From positions 1 through 34,456 of IMG/VR virus record IMGVR_UViG_3300048854_000098: a stretch of 34,456 nucleotides of DNA; one strand, given 5' to 3'. Under the pieces are notes generated by a model. That model searched no databases. It had not been told where the DNA came from and worked only from the letters and a program-made list of their open reading frames with translations. Both the position numbers and the translations under genes were made by a program. Numbering within the stretch: position 1 is the first letter of the stretch; every line of letters begins with the position of its first letter. This DNA comes from a virus. Its lineage: Duplodnaviria > Caudoviricetes. Shown in pieces: positions 34,151 to 34,456 of the stretch.

Positions 34151-34456
34151 ATGAATTTCGAAAAACCTGAAGCGCCAGTAAACACTAGCCATGCCCGTTC
34201 CGAGCCGTCTCGCCGCTTCAGTGTGGCCCCGATGATGGACTGGACTGATAGGCATTGCAGATACTTCCTACGCCTCCTGTCGAAGAACGCCCTGCTCTAC
34301 ACCGAAATGGTCACCACCGGCGCTCTCCTCAACGGCGATCACGAACGTTTCCTCCGTCACAATGAAGCCGAGCATCCGCTGGCATTGCAGTTGGGTGGCA
34401 GCGTTCCTCTGGATCTGGCCGCCTGTGCGCGCATGGCGCAGGAGCATGGTTACGAC
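34151..34456 (+). CDS. dusA: tRNA-dihydrouridine(20/20a) synthase DusA, 5' part; N-terminus probably supplied by the prophage
   Basis: Manual translation: ...RRFSVAPMMDWTDRHCRYFLRLLSKNALLYTEMVTTGA...EHPLALQLGGS; runs off the window. Confidence 0.95.
   Translation, partial: MNFEKPEAPVNTSHARSEPSRRFSVAPMMDWTDRHCRYFLRLLSKNALLYTEMVTTGALLNGDHERFLRHNEAEHPLALQLGGSVPLDLAACARMAQEHGYD

Larger units (their letters stand above)
1..34245. mobile_element. Temperate prophage (lambda-like head, P2/R-pyocin-like contractile tail) integrated in dusA; left end beyond window
   Basis: Full lysis, tail, head, packaging, replication, immunity and integrase modules; integrase is next to the dusA 5' end. Right boundary approximate. 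Confidence 0.95.

Overview
The window holds almost all of a temperate Pseudomonas-type prophage, integrated into the 5' end of host dusA at the right edge; the left att is outside the window. Left to right: a Dam-family methyltransferase with an SOS box; an AT-rich membrane moron; Rz/Rz1 and a GH19 endolysin; a P2/R-pyocin-like contractile tail; a lambda-like head and packaging module with a recognisable cos site; holin; late promoter and putative origin; PA0613/AlpA-like late regulator; Toprim-VapE primase/helicase; TraR/PtrB; CII; Cro and a PrtR/CI-like repressor with 17-bp operators; a DUF2806 moron; a rightward early operon (KilAC, two PrtN-family genes); a membrane moron; tyrosine integrase; and dusA. 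The most unusual signal is a ~270-nt multi-hairpin + strand RNA between cII and cro. It has three GUGGUG loops, each complementary to a different CACCAC-containing leader in the phage's own lytic transcripts. Protein family calls come from recognising sequences and motifs by eye, not from database searches.
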